Source: Eledone cirrhosa
Taxonomy: Eukaryota
DNA length: 64,000 nucleotides
Assembly (NCBI GenBank): GCA_964016885.1
Contig: OZ024742.1
Coordinates: 77,314,001 to 77,378,000 of the forward strand
Direction of reading: 5' to 3'
A model generated the notes under the pieces. That model worked only from the letters and a program-made list of their open reading frames with translations. It had not been told where the DNA came from and did not search any database. Below are positions 13,921 to 26,334 of the stretch, piece after piece. The position numbers were made by a program, and so were the translations under genes. Position 1 is the first letter of the stretch. Each line of letters starts with the position of its first letter.

Positions 13921-14271
13921 ACAACTGGTACTAATTCTTTTACCTACTTTGATTCCACTTCCACTTCTTTTAAGGGAAGATTTTATAATCACAATTCTTC
14001 TTTTAGATACCCACTTAAAAGAACTAACACAGCACTATCAGAACTCATACGATCCTTAAAGGACACAAATATTAACTACAACATTTCTTGGAGAAAGGTT
14101 TGCAACGCCTCTCCTTACCTTAATTCTTCCCTATCCAGAACATGTAATCTCTGCCTAGCGGAGAAATTTACCATTATCTCTAATATTAATTCTATAATAA
14201 ATAGACGTACGGATTTATTTTCGCTCTGCTTGCATAAATCCCATAGAACTTTCCATAAAGTACACAGCTAA
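13921..14271 (+). pseudogene. PLE GIY-YIG C-terminal fragment (no start codon; absent from the ORF track)
   Basis: Hand translation: TYFDSTSTSFKGRFYNHNSSFR...TALSELIRSLK...ISW...CNLCLAEK...INRRTDLFSLCLH*; same pattern as 30530-30871. Confidence 0.8.
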
Positions 14272-15224
14272 TATCTTACTACCTAATTAGTTTAAAATCT
14301 TTTTCTCAACACTTTTATATTTTTTACAAATATACCCATCTTTCTACCTTATTTCAGTATATTATACAATATTACTCATACTATGCCGTTAGCGGTCCCC
14401 TAATTTTTCTTTTTTTTTAATTTCTAATCTTTAATCTGCAACTTTTACTTCTCAATTACTTCTTAATTCATCTTATAACTCACTATAGCATTTTCCTTAT
14501 ATTCTCGGTCATACAAATCTTTTTTTTTATATATACTAATATTGCCATTAGAGAAATTTTGTTAACATATTTTTTTGACGTTATATATTTTTTTCTTTTT
14601 CCATGCTCGGATTAACTCTATTATTTACTTTTTCCTATTACAATATATAGAAACAAACTCGGACCCTAATTAATTCCTCTAAGTTCATAATTCATTTAAC
14701 CTTATCTTCATTCACCTTATCTTCTTAATATATTTATTTTAATAATACATTTTAATAAATTCCTTTTCGCACATCTTATTAAACCCTTCAATACATAAAC
14801 CTTAAATAAATAGTATTCTTAATTCCTTTTTCTTTAATCATAAGCATCATCTTTCATAAACCTCTTTAACTTTTAATTTCTTAATTTTTTAAAATTATGT
14901 ATTATCTTACCACGGTTTTTTAAATTTTTCTCTGTGAGACAGTGTTTCTCAGTATTAAAGGTTATCTCTCTCTCTCTCTCTCTCACTCATTTTCTCCTCC
15001 TCTCTCAACCTTCCTTCTTATACGCCTCCTTCGTCATCCTTTCTTTATTATTATATCTTTTTTTCTTCTATCTCTATTTTTCTTCCTCTTCCTTACCTTT
15101 TCTCCCACTCCCCCCTTCCTTTCCTTTTTTCCAATCTCATATATACCACTAATTTTATTTTTCATATGTTGATTTGACACTTCACTGCTCGCAAATGTTT
15201 TTTAAACTTCATATCATATCTCCC

Positions 15225-15295
15225 TATTTCATCTGATGAGAACGCAAATATCATCCCATGATGATATTTGTTTTTGAAATGCGCATAATAAAATA
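15225..15295 (+). ncRNA. Type-I hammerhead ribozyme (other arm of family D)
   Basis: tatttcat-CTGATGA-hairpin-GAAA-tgcgca-TA-ataaaata. Confidence 0.75.
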
Positions 15296-15325
15296 CATGG
15301 AACTCTTTTAACCATCTTTTGATTT

Positions 15326-15373
<48 letters not shown>

Positions 15374-15376
<3 letters not shown>

Positions 15377-15582
15377 AAGAAGAAAGTAAAAGATGATTAA
15401 AAAAGTTCCATCTATGTAAAGTATATTACAAATTATTAAAGTTTGATAATTTGTAATATATTTTACATAGATCACTAATAGAAGGAACATACGGAGAATT
15501 ATCATCCAGAAACGATGGTAAAATAATGAGTGTTACTATGAATTACCCGTATTTTGTTTAATTTCAATGTTTTCACTATTTG

Positions 15583-15588
<6 letters not shown>
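15374..15588 (+). mobile_element. Family-B-related remnant with an internal hairpin and HHR 3' half
   Basis: ccaGAAAcgatggTAaaataatga resembles 10366-10390; hairpin at about 15410-15472; (TA)n flanks. Confidence 0.45.
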
Positions 15589-15622
<34 letters not shown>

Positions 15623-15836
15623 GTTAAAGTGTACATCTACATATGTATACGGAAGTACTAGTATGCATATAAATACACATATGTATACATATGTACATGT
15701 ACCGAGCTTTTCACTAGACAATTTACAGTGAGTGTCCAGCTAGTCTGTATGTAAACAAACAGACGAACCGGGTTTTAAAGTCATACGAGTTTTCAAGGAA
15801 ACACACTTCCTCTATTCTCCAGAGAGCCAGACACGA

Positions 15837-15879
15837 ATATTGGACTAGTTTCGATGTTATTACATCTCATCAGCAATTT
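15837..15879 (-). ncRNA. Hammerhead ribozyme (inverted arm of the array)
   Basis: Reverse complement: aaattg-CTGATGA-gatgt aata acatc-GAAA-ctag-TC-caatat. Confidence 0.8.
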
Positions 15880-16404
15880 ATACCTATCTTCCGGCTTCTC
15901 TGGAGAATTGTAAAAGCACATATCGTTATAAGCTTTTTCTATGAAAATCAGTAGTGGGCAGACTAATTTGCATAGAACGTGAGTCATTGCACGCGCCGGT
16001 TCAGCGGGAACGATAAAAACAAATAACGAATGACTTTAAAACCCGGTTCGTCTGTTTGTTTACATACTGACTAGCTGGACACTCACTGTAAAGTGTCTAG
16101 TGAAAAGTTCGGTACATGTACATATGTATACATATGTGTATTTATATGCATACTAGTACTTCCGTATACATATGTAGATGTACACTTTAACTTAATTGTT
16201 TAAGCGTCAGTCATACAAAAGTGAGTTAGAAGCGAAACGAAATTTAATTTCGTTTCGTTATTTGTTTTTATCGTTCCCGCTGAACCGGCGCGTACAATGA
16301 CTCACGTTCTATGCAAATTAGTCTGCCCACTACTGATTTTCATAGAAAAAGCATATAACGATATGTGCTTTTACAATTCTCCAGAGAAGCCGGAAGATAG
16401 GTAT

Positions 16405-16447
16405 ATATTGCTGATGAGATGTAATAACATCGAAACTAGTCCAATAT
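16405..16447 (+). ncRNA. Minimal type-I hammerhead ribozyme, unit 1 (predicted cleavage after C16441)
   Basis: atattg-CTGATGA-gatgt aata acatc-GAAA-ctag-TC-caatat: full core, GUC triplet, perfect helices I and II. Confidence 0.9.
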
Positions 16448-16874
16448 TCCTGTCTGGCTCTCTGGAGAATAGAGGAAGTGTATTTCCTTGAAAACTCGTA
16501 TGACTTTAAAACCCGGTTCGTCTGTTTGTTTACATACAGACTAGCTGGACACTCACTGTAAAGTGTCTAGTGAAAAGCTCGGTACATGTACATATGTATA
16601 CATATGTGTATTTATATGCATACTAGTACTTCCGTATACATATGTAGATGTACACTTTAACTTAATTGTTTAAACGTCAGTCATACAAAAGTGAGTTAGA
16701 GGCGAAACGAAATTGAATTTCGTTTCGTTATTTGTTTATATCGTTCCCGCTGAACCGGCGCGTACAATGACTCACGTTCTATGCAAATTAGTCTGCCCAC
16801 TACTGATTTTCATAGAAAAAGCATATCACGATATGTGCTTTTACAATTCTCCAGAGAAGCCGGAAGATAGGTAT

Positions 16875-16917
16875 ATATTGCTGATGAGATGTAATAACAT
16901 CGAAACTAGTCCAATAT
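16875..16917 (+). ncRNA. Hammerhead ribozyme, unit 2
   Basis: Identical to unit 1 motif. Confidence 0.9.
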
Positions 16918-17344
16918 TCCTGTCTGGCTCTCTGGGGAATAGAGGAAGTGTGTTTCCTTGAAAACTCGTATGACTTTAAAACCCGGTTCGACTGTTTGTT
17001 TACATACAGACTAGCTGGACACTCACTGTAAAGTGTCTAGTGAAAAGCTCGGTACATGTACATATGTATACATATGTGTATTTATATGCATACTAGTACT
17101 TCCGTATACATATGTAGATGTACACTTTAACTTAATTGTTTAAGCGTCAGTCATACAAAAGTGAGTTAGAAGCGAAATGAAATTTAATTTCGTTTCGTTA
17201 TTTGTTTTTATCGTTCCCGCTGAACCGGTGCGTACAATGACTCACGTTCTATGCAAATTAGTCTGCCCACTACTGATTTTCATAGAAAAAGCATATAACG
17301 ATATGTGCTTTTACAATTCTCCAGAGAAGCCGGAAGATAGGTAT

Positions 17345-17387
17345 ATATTGCTGATGAGATGTAATAACATCGAAACTAGTCCAATAT
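17345..17387 (+). ncRNA. Hammerhead ribozyme, unit 3
   Basis: Identical to unit 1 motif. Confidence 0.9.
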
Positions 17388-17814
17388 TCCTGTCTGGCTC
17401 TCTGGGGAATAGAGGAAGTGTGTTTCCTTGAAAACTCGTATGACTTTAAAACCCGGTTCGTCTGTTTGTTTACATACAGACTAGCTGGACACTCACTGTA
17501 AAGTGTCTAGTGAAAAGCTCGGTACATGTACATATGTATACATATGTGTATTTATATGCATACTAGTACTTCCGTATACATATGTAGATGTACACTTTAA
17601 CTTAATTGTTTAAGCGTCAGTCATACAAAAGTGAGTTAGAAGCGAAACGAAATTTAATTTCGTTTCGTTATTTGTTTTTATCGTTCCCGCTGAACCGGCG
17701 CGTACAATGACTCACGTTCTATGCAAATTAGTCTGCCCACTACTGATTTTCATAGAAAAAGCATATAACGATATGTGCTTTTACAATTCTCCAGAGAAGC
17801 CGGAAGATAGGTAT

Positions 17815-17857
17815 ATATTGCTGATGAGATGTAATAACATCGAAACTAGTCCAATAT
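17815..17857 (+). ncRNA. Hammerhead ribozyme, unit 4
   Basis: Identical to unit 1 motif. Confidence 0.9.
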
Positions 17858-18246
17858 TCCTGTCTGGCTCTGTGGAGAATAGAGGAAGTGTGTTTCCTTG
17901 AAAACTCGTATGACTTTAAAACCCGGTTCGTCTGTTTGTTTACATACAGACTAGCTGGACACTCACTGTAAAGTGTCTAGTGAAAAGCTCGGTACATGTA
18001 CATATGTATACATATGTAGATGTACACTTTAACTTAATTGTTTAAGCGTCAGTCATACAAAAGTGAGTTAGAAGCGAAACGAAATTTAATTTCGTTTCGT
18101 TATTTGTTTTTATCGTTCCCGCTGAACCGGCGCGTACAATGACTCACGTTCTATGCAAATTAGTCTGCCCACTACTGATTTTCATAGAAAAAGCATATAA
18201 CGATATGTGCTTTTACAATTCTCCAGAGAAGCCGGAAGATAGGTAT

Positions 18247-18289
18247 ATATTGCTGATGAGATGTAATAACATCGAAACTAGTCCAATAT
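18247..18289 (+). ncRNA. Hammerhead ribozyme, unit 5
   Basis: Identical to unit 1 motif. Confidence 0.9.
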
Positions 18290-18716
18290 TCCTGTCTGGC
18301 TCTCTGGAGAATAGAGGAAGTGTGTTTCCTTGAAAACTCGTATGACTTTAAAACCCGGTTCGTCTGTTTGTTTACATACAGACTAGCTGGACACTCACTG
18401 TAAAGTGTCTAGTGAAAAGCTCGGTACATGTACATATGTATACATATGTGTATTTATATGCATACTAGTACTTCCGTATACATATGTAGATGTACACTTT
18501 AACTTAATTGTTTAAGCGTCAGTCATACAAAAGTGAGTTAGAAGCGAAACGAAATTTAATTTCGTTTCGTTATTTGTTTTTATCGTTCCCGCTGAACCGG
18601 CGCGTACAATGACTCACGTTCTATGCAAATTAGTCTGCCCACTACTGATTTTCATAGAAAAAGCATATAACGATATGTGCTTTTACAATTCTCCAGAGAA
18701 GCCGGAAGATAGGTAT

Positions 18717-18759
18717 ATATTGCTGATGAGATGTAATAACATCGAAACTAGTCCAATAT
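18717..18759 (+). ncRNA. Hammerhead ribozyme, unit 6
   Basis: Identical to unit 1 motif. Confidence 0.9.
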
Positions 18760-19148
18760 TCCTGTCTGGCTCTGTGGAGAATAGAGGAAGTGTGTTTCCT
18801 TGAAAACTCGTATGACTTTAAAACCCGGTTCGTCTGTTTGTTTACATACAGACTAGCTGGACACTCACTGTAAAGTGTCTAGTGAAAAGCTCGGTACATG
18901 TACATATGTATACATATGTAGATGTACACTTTAACTTAATTGTTTAAGCGTCAGTCATACAAAAGTGAGTTAGAAGCGAAACGAAATTTAATTTCGTTTC
19001 GTTATTTGTTTTTATCGTTCCCGCTGAACCGGCGCGTACAATGACTCACGTTCTATGCAAATTAGTCTGCCCACTACTGATTTTCATAGAAAAAGCATAT
19101 AACGATATGTGCTTTTACAATTCTCCAGAGAAGCCGGAAGATAGGTAT

Positions 19149-19191
19149 ATATTGCTGATGAGATGTAATAACATCGAAACTAGTCCAATAT
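19149..19191 (+). ncRNA. Hammerhead ribozyme, unit 7
   Basis: Identical to unit 1 motif. Confidence 0.9.
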
Positions 19192-19478
19192 TCCTGTCTG
19201 GCTCTCTGGAGAATAGAGGAAGTGTGTTTCCTTGAAAACTCGTATGACTTTAAAACCCGGTTCGCCTGTTTGTTTACATACAGACTAGCTGGACACTCAC
19301 TGTAAAGTGTCTAGTGAAAAGCTCGGTACATGTACATATGTATACATATGTGTATTTATATGCATACTAGTACTTCCGTATACATATGTAGATGTACACT
19401 TTAACTTAATTGTTTAAGCGTCAGTCATACAAAAGTGAGTTAGAAGCGAAACGAAATTTAATTTCGTTTCGTTATTTG

Positions 19479-19710
<232 letters not shown>

Positions 19711-20112
19711 TATATCGGTGTGTGTTTGTGGGAACCACAGAAAATGTTGGTCAACGCAGTTGAGTGTTATAAATAATAGTTTAGAAAATCACCATGGCCA
19801 CAGCCGGATGGTTGGGACAAGTAAAATAGTAAAAGAATAATATGCCCCTATAGATGTAAAAATAAGAAGCAGATGCTGCGAAGTAACTAACTCCGCAGTT
19901 CAATTATTCGTAGCATAGCTACTAGCCATAAATTTTATATATAGGTTCGTTATACTCGATTTTCCACATTATTTATACCAATCGACAGTCGTTACTGTTA
20001 TATTCTGTGTTTGTGATTTTTACATATTCACGATTATATATATATATATATACATACACACACAGACACACACACACACACAAACTCACACACAGACACG
20101 CACACACACAAA

Positions 20113-20223
<111 letters not shown>

Positions 20224-20224
20224 T

Positions 20225-21026
20225 CTAAGGCGGGTAAAATTCCCGAGATCCACGGACGAGTTCTCTCCAGCGGTCTCTGTCCCTCATTATCGCTGCAATG
20301 TCCTGCGTCTCCAATAGACCAGTGTCTGTCCTTAGGGCATCAACATACGTTAACCTTGGTATTCCGCTTCTAGTGTGTCCATGTAGGGGCTCCCAAAGGA
20401 GCACTGAGTGCAATGTCAACTCTAGATATCGGTGAACATGTCCAGCTAACCTCAGTCTCCTCTGTGTCACTTTTGAGCTGACTTTTGGGATGCTCCCATA
20501 CAGCTCTGAGTTTTTCATTCTCAGTGTATACTGATTAACGTTCAGAGCCATCCTCAGCATTCTCGTGTAGCACCCATCCACCATCTGAGTGAGTTTCTTG
20601 GTCAGTGTCCAAGTCTTAGACCAATACAGCAGCAAGGACTCCACTACAGCAATGAAGAGGCGGATTTTCAGGTCTCTACGAAGGTCCGACTTCCACACCG
20701 ACCTCAAGCTGTGACACGCCGCCCAGGCCTTGCTCTTCCTCTCAACCACATCATCTTTCGTATTCCCAATCTTTGCTCCCAAATACAGGAAGCCCTCAAC
20801 CAATTCTAGCGGCTTCCCGCTTACATTAGTGATCCCCTCTGGCTTCTCAACATTCTCTACCAGATATTTTGTTTTAGTCTCATTCATTCTCAGCCCCACA
20901 CTCATCGACACAGTCGCAACCTCCCGCATCAAATCCTCTACCTCCTTCACTGTATTTGTCACCAAAACTATGTCGTCGGCAAATTCAGCATCCGATACCT
21001 TTTCCGCCCTAACTCTCCTGCTCCTT
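20225..21026 (-). mobile_element. 5'-truncated RTE-clade LINE (RT C-terminal portion, open 246-aa frame)
   Basis: (FADD)IVL...GLRMNETKTK...FLYLG...KIRLF...VESLLLY.SKTW...RRLRLAGHV. Confidence 0.85.
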
Positions 21027-21110
21027 ATATATATAAGGGAACAAAACTCTCCTGCTCCTTATATATATAAGGGAACAAAATCCAGTGTTGCATCATATAC
21101 ATATTTAATT

Positions 21111-21202
21111 AGATATTACATATGTTTCACTGTCGGTCGGGTCGAGGAACGATCGATTAATAATCGAAACTGAATCTGGAATCGGACACTCCTCAAATAT
21201 GT
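21111..21202 (-). ncRNA. Degenerate hammerhead motif
   Basis: Reverse complement: atat-TTGAGGA-gtgtc..gacagt-GAAA-catatg-TA-atat. Confidence 0.4.
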
Positions 21203-22754
21203 GTTAACATGTAGACCCGGGTCTACATGTTAACACACACATGCATAATACATACATATAGATATATATGTATATGTGCGTGCGTATGTGTATGTGTCGA
21301 ATAAGATGATTTACGCTTTTCTCTTCGCCTAATTGCTCTCTGAGTTCAAATTCCAACAGGATCCGCTCAGTTGTTCATCATTTTAGTTCAGTATAGAGGT
21401 CAATTCGTCATCTGAATTTGGCAATATAACATGAAGAATGATCAATCTTAAAACAATGAAATTACTTCACTTATCCTCACATTTATGATGATCTTTTAAA
21501 TAATATAAATTATCAAAATCCCCGGAATCCTCATCGACAACACTTGAACTTACTGAATTCCACATGGCAGCAACACCATATCCAAAACTGTAACATAAAT
21601 TCAGAACCACGAATTACTATTTTAAAATAAATATCTAACCTGGAATATTAACATAGTTACCAAACGTAACCTATAGATAACATTCTGTAACATGCTAAAG
21701 CTTAAAATCCTCACCTATAAAATTATGTGACCTTCAATTTCTTATCTTTACCCATTTGAACGTGGTACGCAACGACTTATAAACCCCAACTGCAAATAAA
21801 GATGATATAATGAGATGCCATAAATGAGGCAATATCCGATGTCATCGTAACATTAATCAATAAATATATAACAATAAACGTATCACAACTAGAGAATATC
21901 CAGCACAACATCTCCACCCTCTACAATGCTAGGCATCCACAGGAGATGTCATAAGTTAACTTGGTTAAATATTATCGATAAATCCCTTGCCATGAAATGT
22001 TTAAATCTAGCACGGCCCATTCGATCTGGTTCATTCTACCACAGTGTCCATCAACAGGTTCACAACCAAAAGATAGAGATTGAATGAAAGTGAGAAAGTA
22101 AGAGTCTGTAAGACCGCAAGAGGGAATGTTGGAAGCAATAGTCTACATGTTTCTCTCTTGTATCTTGCTGTGACGTGTGGTCACTGTTGTGTGGTACAGT
22201 GTGCTAGAGGTTGCATGTGTGCAGGTAAGTGAGTAAGCGTGCAATAAGATGATGCTGATACGATAGTTCCTTGTTCTCGCAGAAAATAAATATATATAAA
22301 TGAACCACGATGACACCAGTGCCTAAATATACAACGTTCTAAAATAACTTTCATATTCTCTTTCTGAAGAATAGCACATAATCACAAATTTCAGTCAATT
22401 CCTTGAATTGGAACGACCAGTGTTTATATACATCCGCTCCGCCATGAACTCAACAATATACACAGTGGAACATGTTTGAAAGGATGAATAAATGAAATGA
22501 TACCTATAAATATTAGTGTCTGCAGTTCGGTTCACATGGCAGCACCAGAGCAAGAATGAAGGGTTCATTCTACTAATTTGGCTATAAAATTGAAGCTTGT
22601 TTGCATAATTGCAAACGAATCGATAATTGCAAACGCCGAGGTTAACTTTGCCTTTCATCCTTACGGGGTCGATAAAATAAAGTACCAGTAATGCACTGAG
22701 TATCAAACGTAGAGACAATTATTAATATTCGAAAAACATTTATATATATATATA

Positions 22755-23703
22755 TTGTTATACTTTAGGAGGGTATTGTTGCCAATAAGAAACGCAGCAC
22801 CAGTTGCTTTCACTTCAATTTATTATAAATTAAATTACGAATTTTAAGAAAATGTATAAATTTCCGGTTGGTTGGTTGGTTCCACAACCGGACGGTTGTT
22901 CATATATTGTCAAAGTTATTTCGTCACACGTTATGTGACCTCATCAGTGACAGAGGATTATTTTCTTTGTTTTGTGCCTCTCCTTTGTTTTGTCCAACGC
23001 CATCTTGTTTTTGTGTGTGTTGTGTGCTTATATTGTGCATGTGTTACATCTGGGTGTCTGGGTGTGTTTTTATTTGTTTATTTATTTGTTTATTTTCATG
23101 TCTCCACCAACATGCTAAAATAGAACATAAGGACAAATTATAGAACATAGAAATAAAAATAAAATCTACACACAGAAAAGACGCTATGTTTAGACAAATC
23201 ACAGAGGCAATAAACATAAACGAACTCCAACCAAAATTAAATAGAAAACATGAATGGAATAGCACCATCACAACGTACAATTAAGGACAAAATGAAAACA
23301 CACACACATAGAACAAACAACTAACTAGTAACATGTAAATAAACATATAAATAAACAAATAAAAACACACACAGACACCCGGATGTGACAGGTGCACAAA
23401 CTAAGCACACAACAAACACAAAAACAAGATGGCGTAGGACAGAACAAAGGAGAGGCACTAAACAAAGAAAAGAATCCCGGTCACAGAATGTGTGACGAGA
23501 GAACTTTGACAATATATGAACAAACGTACGGTTCTGGAACCAACCATTTATAAATTTATAATTTGATTTATAATAAATTGAAGTGAAAGTGAAAGGTGCG
23601 TGTGTTTCTTATTGGCAACATGACCCTCCCTAAGTATAAAAATATCGGATTCAACACACGTTTTCAGATCAAGAAACTTGCTAACCAAATTCAGAAACGA
23701 AAT
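22755..23703. mobile_element. PLE family A with an inverted pLTR (minus arm 22755-23100, plus arm 23101-23703)
   Basis: Plus arm starts in GIY-YIG (LHQHAKIEH) and carries the tail; left arm is tailless; (TA)n flanks. Confidence 0.85.
22908..22952 (-). ncRNA. Minimal hammerhead motif (family A)
   Basis: Reverse complement: tgtca-CTGATGA-g-gtcac..gtgac-GAAA-taac-TT-tgaca. Confidence 0.6.
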
Positions 23704-23762
23704 ATATATATATATACATCAATGATATAAATAAATGGAAAGTATATTTATATAACCATATT

Positions 23763-23824
23763 TATTTTATTATATATATTTCAAAGGTACAAACAAATTT
23801 GGTACGCACTCATCAGATGAAATA
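23763..23824 (-). ncRNA. Hammerhead motif, family-D-like
   Basis: Reverse complement: tatttcat-CTGATGA-..gtac..gtac..-GAAA-tatata-TA-ataaaata. Confidence 0.6.
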
Positions 23825-23960
23825 CTAAATTTGTTTTATAAATAGTGAGATACCCGACAAACCAGACCTTATGGGTTCAGGTTCAAGTGCTTCGAATCTT
23901 ATGAATAAATTTGTTGAATTACCAGCAAATTAAATATCTCTTTGCTTATATATATATATA

Positions 23961-24147
23961 TTAAAATAACAGATTAAAGTTTAAGCAAAGATTCGCTGCT
24001 TTCACCCTTAACGGGATCTTCTATTTGCTTAAACTTTAATCTGTTATTTTGATAAATATTTGCCCTACGGTTCTTATATATTTGATATATATTTATCCTT
24101 ATCGATCACCCTTTGCATTTTAGTCTTCAAATTTATTATTATTACTA
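23961..24147. mobile_element. Short inverted-arm insertion related to 3888-3960
   Basis: 23961-24022 is an inverted copy of the HHR region; 24024 onward is a sense copy plus tail; (TA)n flanks. Confidence 0.6.
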
Positions 24148-24352
24148 TATATATATATATGTATAAATAGAAGAATAGTAGAACACTGGTGGGTAATATC
24201 CGTTGTGGAGAACTAATGTGGAGAACTAATATGGAGAACTAATCCATGGAACGAGTTTGGTAGAAGTAGTTCCACATAAGTATATCAGAATAAGGTGAAT
24301 CCTTTGTTCCCGGTATGGTGAATTACTTCTCTCTCACTCTCTCTCCCTTTCT

Positions 24353-24459
<107 letters not shown>

Positions 24460-24871
24460 TGTGTGTGTGTGTGTATGTGTGTGTATTCACGTGTGTGTAT
24501 ACGCTGAAGTGGATTAGCCATAATATGTCCAACACTGTACAAAATACCTTTATATCTGTCGTGAGCAGGAAATTTATTTAAATTCCACACGATGTCAAGT
24601 CATGTGTTTAACGAACTGGACATTGTTGAATTTACACATTTTTTTTAATATGTACACATATAAACATACCAAATACGTATTTCGCTGCAAATTGAAAAAT
24701 GAGAAATAAATTTGACCGGTTTTGAAACCTTCATCAGAAGGAATGTATATCATCTGAACAAACACAATAAAATATGTTATCAAGGGGCTTCCATGCCCCT
24801 TTCTCACATACAATATTATTCTCAAATGAACGTACTATTTTGCATAATAATACCTCTCGATTTGGTTGTTG

Positions 24872-25016
<145 letters not shown>

Positions 25017-25021
25017 TATAA

Positions 25022-25089
<68 letters not shown>

Positions 25090-25114
25090 CTATCATATAT
25101 ATTCCTATACTTTA

Positions 25115-25150
<36 letters not shown>

Positions 25151-26334
25151 TTCTGTTCTAAGCATCTTAAATATATGTTAAATCTATCTATATATATACA
25201 GAATAAAGATAGCCGACATATTGTAATATGTAAATATGTATATAAATGTTTACTTATTTCGTGTAAATTTATATAACTACTAACAATATTGCTTTAAATA
25301 TGCAAATTAGTACGTCTGTTTCAGGATACTATTACGCCACTAAGGTTCATTTGAATGAATCTTAATATGAATATAAAATACATATTAACATAAATATATT
25401 ATTATCATATTTTCATGAGACTTGTGTACAATGATCAAATATCAAAAGGTTTGTTGTAGTAAAATGAATGGTATATAGCCTTTTTTTTTTGGTGGGGGGG
25501 GGGAGGTGTAGAACACACTTGTGCTTCTCAATTTGCAACAAAACAAATTCAAATAATTTCGGTTGAGCATGTCTTATTTATTGGAATCAATTTCCTGGCT
25601 TTCATAAATCCGTGTGGTCACGATTCCTGCAAATCATGAGAGAAAATATAAAACAGTGGAATATGCAAACGCTACTAAGAATAAATCCATCGGATACAAT
25701 TCTAAAGGGCAAGAAGCATAGGAAGAAATGTCTTTATTGACGTAAACTGGCCACCAGGAATGACAGTCATAGGTTCTGGAAAAGCATAGTAATCATCAAC
25801 CAATATTTAGATGTCAGGCCACGATCGACAATTCTTAAAAAGAAATAATAATATGATGGCTTAAAAGTGTCAATAAAATGCGCTCTGTCAACTAGAAGTC
25901 TGAATTCATTACATCACTTCTGCCAACAGCTCCAGAGCGAATAATATGCAAAAGAATTCGAGATATTCATAATATTATCCTGAATGAAACTCCCTAATGC
26001 AGCATCCTAAATACATGCAATCTAATTCCAAAGTTCTATATCGTCTTCATTTAGGAATCAGTGCATATATCCTGGTTTGGCAATATTCACTGAAGAATTA
26101 AATCATATAAAATACCTATCCAAGATGAAAGATATATAGCGCAATGTTCGAAATCCAATTTCCATGTTGAATTATGCAAATAATCTTCATGTTGTCATTC
26201 AACTAGGTTCTATTTGAGACATGTTATGCAATATTTAGTTACATAAGAGCTAATTTACATAAAGTATTTAACAACACAATTTGATTCATGAATTCAAATA
26301 AACAGGCGCTATGAAAAGAAAACTATTATTAATT

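Larger units (their letters stand above)
13047..15331. mobile_element. PLE (family D) with ~750-bp inverted pLTRs around a GIY-YIG fragment
   Basis: 13135-13890 inverted vs 14595-15331; left arm has an extra ~85-nt tail; (TA)n on both flanks. Confidence 0.85.
15617..19485 (+). repeat. Retrozyme-like tandem array: about 7.5 direct copies of a 470/432-nt unit plus an inverted 414-nt left arm, one HHR per unit
   Basis: HHR spacing 470,470,470,432,470,432; inverted arm 15617-16030; (TA)n on both sides. Confidence 0.9.

Noticed and set aside
15617-19485. CRISPR-like or multigene interpretation of the array
   Set aside because: Units are near-identical with no variable spacers, the context is eukaryotic, and the ORF has no recognisable homology.
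24225-24243. End of a three-copy ggagaactaat repeat (about 24205-24243)
   Set aside because: Ordinary short slippage duplication.
24700-24745. Reverse complement CTGATGA-aggtttc-AAAA-ccgg-TC
   Set aside because: Lacks G12 and a formable helix II, and helix I is poor; at most a decayed HHR.
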